Below, piece by piece: positions 49,399 through 58,704 of a DNA stretch of 64,000 nt (position 1 is the stretch's first letter; the number at the start of each line of letters is the position of its first letter). This DNA is from Candidatus Methanosuratincola verstraetei. Its GTDB lineage: Archaea > Thermoproteota > Methanomethylicia > Methanomethylicales > Methanomethylicaceae. The translations under genes were made by a program, and so were the position numbers. The DNA is taken from contig CP186953.1 in NCBI GenBank assembly GCA_049570475.1, positions 967,658 to 1,031,657 of the forward strand, written 5' to 3'. Below the pieces are notes generated by a model. It saw only the letters and a list, made by a program, of their open reading frames with translations. It did not search any database and had not been told where the DNA came from.

Positions 49399-50594
49399 GA
49401 TGCATGATTAGGAAACACAAGAACCTGCTGAACTATTCTTTTGATTGCCTAAGGAGGTACCGGATGAGGACCGCAGTGATCCTGATCACTTTCCTTGTCG
49501 CAACGACTATGATCTCTGCTGTCCTATTCACGAAGGACGGGCTCGAGAGGGAGGCCGAACTGAGCGTACAGTCCGCCCCTGACTTGACACTCCAGTATCT
49601 CAAGGGCGGTAGGGTGGAGCCGATAAACGCCTCCTACATCAGCTTGATCTCTGAGATACCCGGGGTCGAGAAAGTCCTCAAGCGGACATGGGGGTACGCC
49701 GGGATAGGGAAGTATACCTTCGTAGTCGTCGGGCTAGACCCCGATGGGCTGGACTACTCGAGGGGCGTGATAACGAGCCTCGAAGATGGTCGTTTCCTGA
49801 CGCCTGAGGACGAGGGCACCGGTAACATAGTGATCGGGAAGCTCCTCGCTTACATGCTGAATGTCAAGGTCGGCGACGACATAATACTCCTGAGCGAATC
49901 TGTGGAGACCAATAAGTTCCACGTAGTTGGGCTCTTCTCGGATGCGTCCTCGATCTACACCGCCGACATGATCCTGATGTCCCTGGGGGACGCGAACAAG
50001 TTCTTCAGCATGCCGGAAGGGCAGGTCACGGACCTCTGCGTCTACGTCAGCCCGTCCGAGGACCCTGCAACCGTGGCATCCAGGATGAACTCGATACCTA
50101 ACCTCCGCGTGCTCGACCAGGATCTCCTGCTGAGGGGGTACAAGGCAGCCTACGGCGCCAGGGGCGGGATCTTCACAACTCTGTGGACGATACTCCTCGT
50201 GGCCATTGCCCTGATTGCCTTCAGCCAGGCCATCGTCGTGGGGCACGAGTCCCAGTTCGAGGTAGGCCTCCTGAAGACATTCGGTTTCTCGACCCTGGAC
50301 ATCATCGAGGTGAGGCTAGCCGAGAGCTTGGTCATCGGCTTCTTCGCGACCTCGCTCGGGATGCTTCTGGGCTTCTCCTACGCCGCGTTCCTGAATGCGC
50401 CTGGTCTCGTTGACATCCTGCTGGGCTGGGCTTACCTCCCCAGGGAGTTCAGGCTGCCCGTCTACGTGAGCCTCCAGTCGGTCTTCTCGATATACGCAGT
50501 GACCGTGATCCCGCTGCTGATAACTACGGTGGTCCCCGCTTGGCTGAACGCTATCACCGACCCCGAGCTGGCGATGAGGAGGGCTGCCGCATGA
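49395..50594 (+). CDS. ABC transporter permease, FtsX/MacB-like
   Basis: N-terminal TM, large extracytoplasmic domain, C-terminal 3 TM FtsX-like region. Confidence 0.7.
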   Translation: MRCMIRKHKNLLNYSFDCLRRYRMRTAVILITFLVATTMISAVLFTKDGLEREAELSVQSAPDLTLQYLKGGRVEPINASYISLISEIPGVEKVLKRTWGYAGIGKYTFVVVGLDPDGLDYSRGVITSLEDGRFLTPEDEGTGNIVIGKLLAYMLNVKVGDDIILLSESVETNKFHVVGLFSDASSIYTADMILMSLGDANKFFSMPEGQVTDLCVYVSPSEDPATVASRMNSIPNLRVLDQDLLLRGYKAAYGARGGIFTTLWTILLVAIALIAFSQAIVVGHESQFEVGLLKTFGFSTLDIIEVRLAESLVIGFFATSLGMLLGFSYAAFLNAPGLVDILLGWAYLPREFRLPVYVSLQSVFSIYAVTVIPLLITTVVPAWLNAITDPELAMRRAAA

Positions 50595-51253
50595 TAGAGG
50601 TAAGGAACCTTACCAAGATATTCAACAGGGGTAAGTTCAATGAGACCGCCGCAGTCTTGGATGTCAGCCTAAAGGTGAAGGACAGGTCCATCGTGGCCCT
50701 CACAGGCCCGAGCGGCTGCGGAAAGACAACACTCCTAAGCATGATCGGTCTGATACTCACGCCGACCTCAGGTGAGATCCTTTACGACGGGGAGAATGTC
50801 CTCCTGGCCTCCGACTTCTGGCGGACGATGTTCAGGAGGCAAAGCTTCGGCTTCATATTCCAGCACATTAACCTGCTGCCGCAGTACACGACCCTGGAGA
50901 ACATCCTCCTCCCGCTCTACTCTTCTGACGTCGACCCGTGGGAGTACGAGGGGAAGGCAAGGGAGTGGCTTTCGAGGCTCGGCATAGCGGACAGGGCGGA
51001 GCACCTCGTCGAGCAGCTGTCCGGCGGGGAGCAACAGAGGGCAGCTTTCGTCAGGGCGCTCATCAAGGAGCCGAAATACATCTTCGCAGACGAGCCTACG
51101 GTCTTCGTCGACGAGGAGACTTCGCGCATCATCTACAACGTCTTCTCCTCCCTGAGGGACAGCGGGAAGACCGTCCTGCTGTCGACCCATGACCCGGAGC
51201 TAATGAAGATAGCGGATGAGACCTACCGCTTCTGCAAGGGAAGGTTGGTTTGA
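50593..51253 (+). CDS. ABC transporter ATP-binding protein
   Basis: Walker A GPSGCGKTT, ABC signature LSGGEQQR, Walker B IFADEPT; start chosen at MIEVRNL overlapping the permease stop. Confidence 0.8.
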
Positions 51254-51455
51254 CAGACAAGTGGGTGCCTGATCACTGGAGCCTAAGTCGGGCGGGATCA
51301 GTAAACGATTCCTGATCCTGCCTCCATCCAGCCCCCAGCTGGCAAGAAAGGCATTTTGCAGCCACCCTTGCAAATTCATTTGACTAGGCTATCTGGGAAA
51401 GGGAAACAGAATCAGTGCTATCGCAGTGCAAGCCCTTTTGAAAATGTATGGGTTA

Positions 51456-51532
51456 TGGCGGGCCTGAAGGGATTTGAACCCTTGGCCAATGGGTTAAGAG
51501 CCCATCGCTCTACCGTACTGAGCTACAGGCCC
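51456..51532 (-). tRNA. tRNA-Lys(CTT)
   Basis: GGGCCTGTAGCTCAGTACGGTAGAGC, anticodon arm ATGGG-CTCTTAA-CCCAT, T-arm AAGGG-TTCAAAT-CCCTT, CCA encoded. Confidence 0.85.
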
Positions 51533-51602
51533 GTCCGACTTTTCCATTTAGGAGGTGCAATTTAAAAGTATCGCTTCTTTTATCTTCAGTGAGTGGTTCT
51601 GC

Positions 51603-52394
51603 ATGCCTTCCCTAGCATTCATAGGATTGGGTCTGTATGACGAGAAGGGGATCAGTCTTCACGGTCTGGAAATCGCAAAGTCTGCCGAGATCGTGCTGCT
51701 TGAGAGCTACACGAATATAATGCCCGGGCTGAACCTGGAATCCTTGGGAAAAATGATCGGGAAAGAGATCCGTTTGATCGGCCGAAGGGAGGTCGAGGAC
51801 GGCAAGTGGATACTTGATGCTGCCGCGAAGAGGGAGGTCGCGCTCCTCGTAGCGGGAGATCCTTTCGTCGCCACCACTCACGTCGACCTGAGGCTTAGGG
51901 CGATAAAGAGGGGCATTAGGGTAGAGGTGGTGAACGCGCCATCAATAGTATCGGTGGCACCCGGGGCTGTGGGCCTTCAGAACTACAAGTTCGGGAAGTC
52001 TGCAACAATAACCTTCCCCGAGCCACTCTCCCTGGTCCCTTACGAGACTCTCAGGATCAACAGGAGCCTCGGCCTGCACTCTCTCTTCTTCCTCGACCTC
52101 CGCGTGGAGGAGGGCAGGTTCATGAAGGCGGGCGAGGCAATCCGCCTCCTGCTGGATATGGAGGCAAAGCAGCGGGGCGGCGTGGTCTCTGAAGAGATGC
52201 TCATGGTAGTCTTGGCTAGGGCAGGCTCCCCCTCCCAGCTCGTCAGGGCGGGTAAGGCGGCCGTGCTGGAGGACCTGGATTTCGGCCCTCCCCCACACTC
52301 ACTGATAGTGCCAGGCCGCCTCCACTTCATGGAGGCAGAGGCGCTGGTTCTCATAGGCGGGGCAGAGGAGGACCTAGTGAGGGGATGCCTTTGA
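51603..52394 (+). CDS. dph5: diphthine synthase
   Basis: tetrapyrrole-methylase fold with Dph5 N-terminus (FIGLGLYDEKGISL...); start chosen at MPSLAF. Confidence 0.8.
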   Translation: MPSLAFIGLGLYDEKGISLHGLEIAKSAEIVLLESYTNIMPGLNLESLGKMIGKEIRLIGRREVEDGKWILDAAAKREVALLVAGDPFVATTHVDLRLRAIKRGIRVEVVNAPSIVSVAPGAVGLQNYKFGKSATITFPEPLSLVPYETLRINRSLGLHSLFFLDLRVEEGRFMKAGEAIRLLLDMEAKQRGGVVSEEMLMVVLARAGSPSQLVRAGKAAVLEDLDFGPPPHSLIVPGRLHFMEAEALVLIGGAEEDLVRGCL

Positions 52395-52681
52395 GCTTTG
52401 AGGAAGAGGCAAGGAAGAAGCTCGAAAGGTACATCTCGGCGACTGAAAGGGTCTTCAAGACCATGGATGTCTCGCTCCCGGAGGATCCGTCTCTTCGGAG
52501 GCTGGCTGAGGAGAATGTGCGCCTTTCTAAAATTTACTTCGAGGACAGCAAGTATTATTTCGGTAAGCAGGACTATATTACAGCGCTCGTGTGCATCGCT
52601 TACTGCGAGGGCATAATTGATGCATGCAGGAACTTGGGGTGGCTCAGATATGAGTGGACCTTCGGGACCTCGCCCGGTTGA
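52385..52681 (+). CDS. small hypothetical protein
   Basis: 98 aa ORF overlapping the dph5 stop. Confidence 0.35.
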   Translation: MPLSFEEEARKKLERYISATERVFKTMDVSLPEDPSLRRLAEENVRLSKIYFEDSKYYFGKQDYITALVCIAYCEGIIDACRNLGWLRYEWTFGTSPG

Positions 52682-52712
52682 GCTCCGTTCCGGAGTGATG
52701 GGGGTGGGGTGA

Positions 52713-53162
52713 ACGGGGAAGCGCGTTCTTGCCGCAGGGTGCTTTGACCTGCTCCACTACGGGCACCTCCGCTACCTCGAGGAGGCAAAGAGGCTCGCAG
52801 GCCCGGACGGCGAGCTGATAGTAGTCGTGGCAAGGGACGCCACGATCCTGAAGAGGAAGGGGAGGACACCCGTAATGAACGAGGAGCATAGGAGGGAGCT
52901 GGTGGAGGCGCTGAAGCCGGTGGACCGCGCAGTATTGGGTGGCGTCGACTTCGACACGAAGGCGATCCTAAAGTCGCTGATGCCTGACATAGTAGCCCTT
53001 GGTTACGACCAGGAGGATCTTGCAGAAGTGCTCCGCAGGGAGGGGTTCCGGGGGGAGATCGTAAAGCTCGGTAAGTACGGCGACATAAGCTCCTCGAAGA
53101 TAAGGGCACTTCTTAACTCTGCTAAGCCTGCTAACACTGCGCCTGAGGCTCAACCCAAATGA
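52713..53162 (+). CDS. ribL: FAD synthetase (CTP-dependent, archaeal RibL); the reading frame lacks a canonical start because an in-frame TGA separates it from the only upstream ATG (52698)
   Basis: nucleotidyltransferase motif AGCFDLLHYGHLRYL, RibL-like overall (VVARDATILKRKGR...); see finding. Confidence 0.6.
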   Translation, partial: TGKRVLAAGCFDLLHYGHLRYLEEAKRLAGPDGELIVVVARDATILKRKGRTPVMNEEHRRELVEALKPVDRAVLGGVDFDTKAILKSLMPDIVALGYDQEDLAEVLRREGFRGEIVKLGKYGDISSSKIRALLNSAKPANTAPEAQPK

Positions 53163-53851
53163 CTCTGTGCCGCATGGTCGCGGTTCAGGAAGACCTTCAG
53201 CTGGACCATGTCCCCGTCCCTGAGCCCGAACTTCTTTCTCAGGTTCTCTGGCGCAATTATCTCAAGCACTTCCTTGCCGTAGTGTGTGCGGTGTATCATC
53301 AGTATTGCCCCGTCCGCGGTGTCGTTCACCTTTGCCAAGAAGCACTTGACGTCCCCATAGGTCCTCTCTGAGTTTGTGAAGCCCTTTATGATGATCCCGG
53401 GGAGCGCCTCGAGCTCATTCCTCGCCCTTATGTCTGCCGACGACCTGAGCTTAAGGTTCAGGGTGCCTGGGAATGGGGCGAAACCAAGCTTCTCGGAGAA
53501 CTGCTCCCTGTAGCCGCTCTTTGTGACGTAGTACGCCCCTTCCCCGAAGCCCGAAAAGACGTAGCCATTGAGGAACTTGACATTATCGATGCCCTCAAGC
53601 CCCATCTTCAGGGCATTGTAGACCTCCCTTATCGCATCCATCCCCTTCTCGGTTATCATAACCAGCTGCCCGTCGGGCGTCAGCTCCCGCGTTATGAGCC
53701 CACTCTCAACAAGCTCGAGGAGGCGCCTGGATGCCGTCTGCTGCGAGACCCCGATCATCCTCCCGAAGTCCGAGGTGCCAAGCAGTATCTGCCTTGTGTG
53801 CCCCCCCATCTTGAAGATCTGGAGAAGCGCGAACCAGAGATCACCTTCCAA
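53150..53851 (-). CDS. ribK: CTP-dependent riboflavin kinase with N-terminal wHTH
   Basis: archaeal RibK signatures GFGEGAYYV and FPGTLNLKL; N-terminal HTH (RMIGVSQQTASRRLLEL). Confidence 0.75.
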   Translation of the reverse strand: MEGDLWFALLQIFKMGGHTRQILLGTSDFGRMIGVSQQTASRRLLELVESGLITRELTPDGQLVMITEKGMDAIREVYNALKMGLEGIDNVKFLNGYVFSGFGEGAYYVTKSGYREQFSEKLGFAPFPGTLNLKLRSSADIRARNELEALPGIIIKGFTNSERTYGDVKCFLAKVNDTADGAILMIHRTHYGKEVLEIIAPENLRKKFGLRDGDMVQLKVFLNRDHAAQSHLG

Positions 53852-54533
53852 TTGTGGGTCTGCCCTCCATGGTCCTCTTACTGTATCGATCTGCGAGAAA
53901 TAAAGGCTCTGGTAACCGGTGCCCCCTCATGCACGCTTTCACAATTTCCAGCGCGCGATCTGGGCTCATCCTGTGCCCGGCGCTGATAAGTAGCCTTCCC
54001 CCTCCAGGGCCGCGGATTATGCCTCCGACCTCTTTGCCGTAGGCGATGAGGCGATCCCCATCCACCGATCCGCCTTCGAACGAGAGGGGTGAGAGGCATA
54101 CGCCGATGGCGGGGACATCGAAGGCGACCCCGAAGTGTGATGCTGCCCCAAGCCCCTCGGGGTGGAATGCGCCGTGCCCGTTAACTATGTAAGCAGAGGC
54201 CCTCGTGGCAAGCCTCCAGAACAGCGGGGCCAAGAACCGCATCTCCCTGAACCCGAGGAAGCCGGGCATGTATGGCACAGGCGCCTTGCCGTGATAGGTT
54301 TTTGCCTCGATCTCCTCCATTTCGGGGTAGCTCAGCACGACTGCCGCCGCGAACCCATCCTCTCCCCTGTAGGATACGTCCATCCCGCAGATTGAATGGA
54401 TTTCGTCTGGCGGTGCCAGCGATACCATCTTGGCTAGGATGCACTGCGCCTTCCTTGCCTTCCTCATGTCGAAATGGTGTTGGATAGGGATGCCCCGCTG
54501 CCCCCTTCCGAATACTGGCTTGTCTTTCAACAC
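53841..54533 (-). CDS. nfi: endonuclease V
   Basis: motifs GMDVSY, YMPGFLGFRE, NGHGAFHPEGLGAASHFG. Confidence 0.8.
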   Translation of the reverse strand: MLKDKPVFGRGQRGIPIQHHFDMRKARKAQCILAKMVSLAPPDEIHSICGMDVSYRGEDGFAAAVVLSYPEMEEIEAKTYHGKAPVPYMPGFLGFREMRFLAPLFWRLATRASAYIVNGHGAFHPEGLGAASHFGVAFDVPAIGVCLSPLSFEGGSVDGDRLIAYGKEVGGIIRGPGGGRLLISAGHRMSPDRALEIVKACMRGHRLPEPLFLADRYSKRTMEGRPTIGR

Positions 54534-54535
54534 CT

Positions 54536-56116
54536 TCAGCTCTGATCGATCACCAGTTCGGACTTGACACCGATGAACGCGGGTCCTCTTACGTCTATCT
54601 TCCCCTGCCTGCTGGATATGTACCTGAGCCCGACCTCCGAAACCTTCAGGTTTATGTCGCTCAGTAGCTTGACCATCCTGACCCTTATGTCTGCTTGGCC
54701 TCCCCTCTCGATCCTCGACGCCGCCATCTTAGCTACTGCATCGACGTACCTTATGCCGGTCCTGACGCCAGCCGACCTTGCTGCCCTCACCAGCTCAACG
54801 TTTTCCATCCCCTGCGGCGGGATGCCCAGTATGTTCGCCCTGTACACCACCAGCTCGTTGAATGCGGCAGGCCCCACTAGCCTCACCCCGGGATCAGGCT
54901 CGTAAACCCTGACTCTAACTTCCCTGCCAGAGACCTTGCCCTCGTAGGCCATGAACTCGCACGGGCTCTCTGCATCCTTGTGCCCCTCAATTGCCTCCAC
55001 TATGGCCCTCTCGACTGCCTTGCCCTCCTCGGTGAATGGCTCCTCGATGAACGAGAGCTGCCTGGCAAGGGAGGCATCCGAGAGCACCCACTCGCCGTAG
55101 AACTGCGGGTATGCAAGCTCCCTGACATCCTTGTAGCCGTGGAGGAGCATCGCCACCCTCTCAACCCCTATCCCTATGTTCAGGACTGGGTACTCAATCC
55201 CATAATGCGCCAGCGCAACAGGGCTGTATAGTCCGAAGTCCATCAGCTCCACCCAGCCTGTCCCGCCGACCTTGGCGAAGACCTCGTGCTCCGTCCCTGG
55301 CGCATAGTACTTTGCGGTGACCTTCTTCCTCTCGACCCTTACCTCCCCGAAGCCGAGCCTCTTGATCACCTCTTCTGAGACCCGCTTGCCGTCCTCGACC
55401 GAGACCTCCTCGTCCATGATTATCGAGGACGCTGCGTGGTGGAACCTCAGGTGCGTCGCGTCCTCCTGCTGCTCCCTCCTCGCCCTGAGGCCCACTGAGA
55501 AGAGCATCACGGGCATCTCCAGCTTATGCTGGACCGCCGCGCAAGTGAGGAACCACGCACTAGTCATGTGCGACCTCAACAAGAGCTTGGTGGGCACGGG
55601 CTCAAGCATCCTGAGCTCCGGGAAGACGTCGTTGAGTATCCTGAGTGCAGTGGTGTCCGGGACCCCGAGCCCTTCTGCAACCTTTTCTACCAGATCATCG
55701 CCGTCGACCTTCCCTTTCTTGTAGTCGTGGAATAGCTCCTTCAGCCTCGAAAGTGATGCCTCGTCGGTTGGGCCTCCTGCCTCCCTGATCTTCGCGATCC
55801 TCTCCGATCCGATCCCGATGTCCGGCCGGGGCAGCGCTGCCAAGTAGTAGCACCTGTCGAGTATTGCAGGCGCCTCATGCCCATACTGTTTGTATATGTC
55901 CCCCTCATCCACGATCATCGGGTTCACAGCCTCGTCGAACCCGAGCTCAAGGTAGATCTCCCTCAGCCTGTTTGCCGTCTCGATGAGGACGTGCTTTGTG
56001 CCCTTCTTCCCGGGCGCAAAAGCGCCCTTGCCTCCGACAAGGGACCCCGTCTCTCTCCATGCCTCTTCGAAGTCCTTCTCAGCCTTCTCCAGCACTTCCT
56101 TGATCCTGATCTTCAT
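54536..56116 (-). CDS. sepS: O-phosphoseryl-tRNA(Cys) synthetase (SepRS)
   Basis: strong resemblance to methanogen SepRS (KDFEEAW, LRSHMTSAWFLT, RREQQEDATHL class II motif, GIRYVD, SDINL, KGKIDVRGP); 526 aa. Confidence 0.75.
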   Translation of the reverse strand: MKIRIKEVLEKAEKDFEEAWRETGSLVGGKGAFAPGKKGTKHVLIETANRLREIYLELGFDEAVNPMIVDEGDIYKQYGHEAPAILDRCYYLAALPRPDIGIGSERIAKIREAGGPTDEASLSRLKELFHDYKKGKVDGDDLVEKVAEGLGVPDTTALRILNDVFPELRMLEPVPTKLLLRSHMTSAWFLTCAAVQHKLEMPVMLFSVGLRARREQQEDATHLRFHHAASSIIMDEEVSVEDGKRVSEEVIKRLGFGEVRVERKKVTAKYYAPGTEHEVFAKVGGTGWVELMDFGLYSPVALAHYGIEYPVLNIGIGVERVAMLLHGYKDVRELAYPQFYGEWVLSDASLARQLSFIEEPFTEEGKAVERAIVEAIEGHKDAESPCEFMAYEGKVSGREVRVRVYEPDPGVRLVGPAAFNELVVYRANILGIPPQGMENVELVRAARSAGVRTGIRYVDAVAKMAASRIERGGQADIRVRMVKLLSDINLKVSEVGLRYISSRQGKIDVRGPAFIGVKSELVIDQS

Positions 56117-56790
56117 GCCCCTTCCCCCTTCCCACTTCCGTTTACATCCCTTTGCCCTTCCATTCCAGCAGAGGCCTTCTCGATGCTCCTCCTGATCAAC
56201 AGCCCTTGGTGGGCTAGCGTGACATCCCCCCTAGTCTCCTCAACAAGCCTCCTCATCACGTCCACCTTCCTCCTGAGGTTCGGGACCACCGCCCTCGGGT
56301 AGTCTATGGCCTTCAGAAGCGTATACGCCTCCTCCATCAGCTCGAGCGCTCTCCACGCCTCATTAATGCTGTCCTTCCTGATCGAGTCGAGGGCATACCT
56401 CCTCAGCTCCCCTGCCGCATCAGCCACACCCGTAAGGTACGGCTCGGGCGGGATGCGCAGTTCGGCCGGCTTCGGCACTTCCCGGTCCTTGACAAGGGCT
56501 AGGAGTATCATAGCCTCGGCGTACTCCTGGAATGCCTGGGGCAGGGGGCCGGTGTAGTAGAACTCGTGGAAGTCCATGCACGCCTGGAGCGCCCCCTCAA
56601 GCGCCTCCCTGGCTGCCTTGAGGCTCTCCTCGGCTGCCTCGAACTCCCCCCTGTGGATAGATAGGACTGCACTCCCGGACCTCCTTATTATCTCCCTCGA
56701 CTGAGTGATTATCTCCTCCCTCTTCGCGTCCTTTGCCTTCAGGGAAAGGGCGATCTCCTCCATTATGCCCTCGAACTTCAACGGAGCCAC
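56113..56790 (-). CDS. helical hypothetical protein co-transcribed upstream of sepS (translin-like or SepCysE-like?)
   Basis: 225 aa, all-helical; 4-nt ATGA overlap with the sepS start. Confidence 0.3.
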   Translation of the reverse strand: MAPLKFEGIMEEIALSLKAKDAKREEIITQSREIIRRSGSAVLSIHRGEFEAAEESLKAAREALEGALQACMDFHEFYYTGPLPQAFQEYAEAMILLALVKDREVPKPAELRIPPEPYLTGVADAAGELRRYALDSIRKDSINEAWRALELMEEAYTLLKAIDYPRAVVPNLRRKVDVMRRLVEETRGDVTLAHQGLLIRRSIEKASAGMEGQRDVNGSGKGEGA

Positions 56791-56795
56791 CTTGT

Positions 56796-57770
56796 TTAGA
56801 TGGGTGTGGAGACCTTTTTAGGTTTGCCTATCCTGCTTAGCAGCGCAACCCTGCTGATGGGGACCTCGCCAGCCAGCTCATACCCAGTCCTTTCCGCAAG
56901 GTCCCTTGCGAACTGGACGATCTCTGCGTGGCTGGGCATGCTATCGTAGCCGAGCCTTGTAACTGAAAAACCGACATGCATGTAAGCCTTTACCTCGACG
57001 TATGTGGGCGAAGCGCCTGATATCAGCTTCGAGTACCCGTCTGGGTCGATCATGTTCAAGCCCTTGACTGCGGTCATCCTTATTACGGTAGGGCACGAAA
57101 AGGACCTGAGCAGCGAGAGGGACTCCATCAGCCTCAACCAGCTTGCGCCAGAAGCCGGCCTGCAGACCGAACGATAAATTTCCTCAGAGGGCGCGCTCAG
57201 CGAGACGTAAAGCTGTGTAGGCTCGGGGATCTCCCCCAGCCTCTTCGGGTTTGTGCCGTTGGTGACAAGAAAAGTGGTCATTCCCTTCCTTTTGAATTCT
57301 TGGATGAGCCCATCGAGCATCGAGTACTCGGTCGGCTCCCCGCTCAGGCTTATTGCAGCATGCTTGGGATCCATCGCCTCCCTGAATCGGTCGGGATCCG
57401 TCTTTGGATTCCCCTTGTAGCCGCTTAGCGCCCGCCTCTGCGCCGCAATCGCCCCATCGACGATCGCCTCAGGGGGGTCCTCTGCGCCATCGTCAACTGA
57501 AGGGTATCCATGCTCATGCGGCAGGACCCTCCAGCAGTACAGGCACATGTTAGAGCACCTGCTCACCGCAGGAGTCATCTGGAGGCACCTGTGGCTCTCT
57601 ATGCCGTAGAACTTGCCCTTGTAGCAGAACTCTCCGCCGGTAATGGCCTCCCTGGTCCAGTGGCAGGTCTTCACAGCCGAGTGCCTGCCCACTATGTGGT
57701 AGCCCTGCGACCTGAGGACCTTGTACTGCTCTTCCAAGGCGCCCGCCGCTCGTTTGAAACCTTCGCTCAT
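56796..57770 (-). CDS. taw1: tRNA 4-demethylwyosine synthase (radical SAM, TYW1/Taw1)
   Basis: radical SAM CSNMCLYC plus Taw1-type second Cys cluster; overlaps psmB by 4 nt. Confidence 0.8.
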   Translation of the reverse strand: MSEGFKRAAGALEEQYKVLRSQGYHIVGRHSAVKTCHWTREAITGGEFCYKGKFYGIESHRCLQMTPAVSRCSNMCLYCWRVLPHEHGYPSVDDGAEDPPEAIVDGAIAAQRRALSGYKGNPKTDPDRFREAMDPKHAAISLSGEPTEYSMLDGLIQEFKRKGMTTFLVTNGTNPKRLGEIPEPTQLYVSLSAPSEEIYRSVCRPASGASWLRLMESLSLLRSFSCPTVIRMTAVKGLNMIDPDGYSKLISGASPTYVEVKAYMHVGFSVTRLGYDSMPSHAEIVQFARDLAERTGYELAGEVPISRVALLSRIGKPKKVSTPI

Positions 57771-58381
57771 TTCGCGGGTAGCGTCTCCTCTATTGCGCCT
57801 TGCTTTGATATGACCAGCACGTCCACGCCATCGCCCGAGGCAACATCCCTGGATATCGCCGCCCTCACAGCCCTGATCGCCAGATCCTTCCCGGCCTCAA
57901 CCCCCATCTCCGGGGAGTAGGCAGACTCGACTATCCCGATCGCGATCGCTCCGCCGGTCCCGAGTGCAGCGTACCTGTCTTCGATCATCGATCCCAGCGG
58001 ATCGAGCACGAAGAGCTTGGCGCCATCCTCGTCCATGCCGCCGACCATCGTCTCGGTGTACACCGGGTAGGCCCTCTGAGCATAGAGCAGGTTGGCGAGT
58101 ATCTTTGCCATCGCCCTGACGCTCATTGGCTTTCGGGTCTCAAGCTCGTAAAGGTTTGTCTCAGCAGAGATCCTCCTCAGCACAGCCTGAGAGTCAGAGA
58201 TGAGGCCTGCAAATGCCACGCCGAGCCTGTTGTTTATCGCGAAGACTTTCTTGCCAGCCTTCGTCATTATCGAGAATCCGTAGGTGACCCTCTTCTCAGA
58301 TGCCAGCACCACACCGTCCTTGCAGGCAATCCCAACCGTCGTGGCACCGGTGACCGGGTATCCGAACTGCGCCTCAGGCAA
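57767..58381 (-). CDS. psmB: proteasome beta subunit
   Basis: propeptide then TTVGIACKDGVVLASEKR N-terminal Thr nucleophile signature. Confidence 0.85.
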   Translation of the reverse strand: MPEAQFGYPVTGATTVGIACKDGVVLASEKRVTYGFSIMTKAGKKVFAINNRLGVAFAGLISDSQAVLRRISAETNLYELETRKPMSVRAMAKILANLLYAQRAYPVYTETMVGGMDEDGAKLFVLDPLGSMIEDRYAALGTGGAIAIGIVESAYSPEMGVEAGKDLAIRAVRAAISRDVASGDGVDVLVISKQGAIEETLPAK

Positions 58382-58449
58382 CTTTTAAAACCTCCACTTG
58401 CACTCTCTCGTTGAGAAGCGAATTAAATAAGCTTTTACCTGTGTTACAA

Positions 58450-58704
58450 ATGACTACGATAAGGGAGATGCTGAACAAGATAAAGTGGTCCGGCGAGGGC
58501 GGGCTGGGCGGGTACGGTATAGTGATCATCCACCGCGGCGCCCCAGGGAACCGGAGGGTAATAAGGGGCGAGGACGTCAAAGACATCGCCCCGAGGGCGC
58601 TGATATGCAGCGAGGGGGGAGAGGAGGTGGTGATCCCCTACCACCGAGTCGTGGCATTAATCAGGGACGGGAGAGTAATATGGGATAGGAGGATCAAAGA
58701 ATGA
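58450..58704 (+). CDS. small conserved hypothetical protein
   Basis: about 85 aa ORF overlapping the Nog1 start by 4 nt. Confidence 0.4.
   Translation: MTTIREMLNKIKWSGEGGLGGYGIVIIHRGAPGNRRVIRGEDVKDIAPRALICSEGGEEVVIPYHRVVALIRDGRVIWDRRIKE

Noticed and set aside
52827-53162. ORF-track start (GTG at 52827) for ribL
   Set aside because: It would delete the conserved N-terminal GCFDLLHYGH nucleotidyltransferase motif; the reading frame clearly extends upstream to the in-frame TGA.
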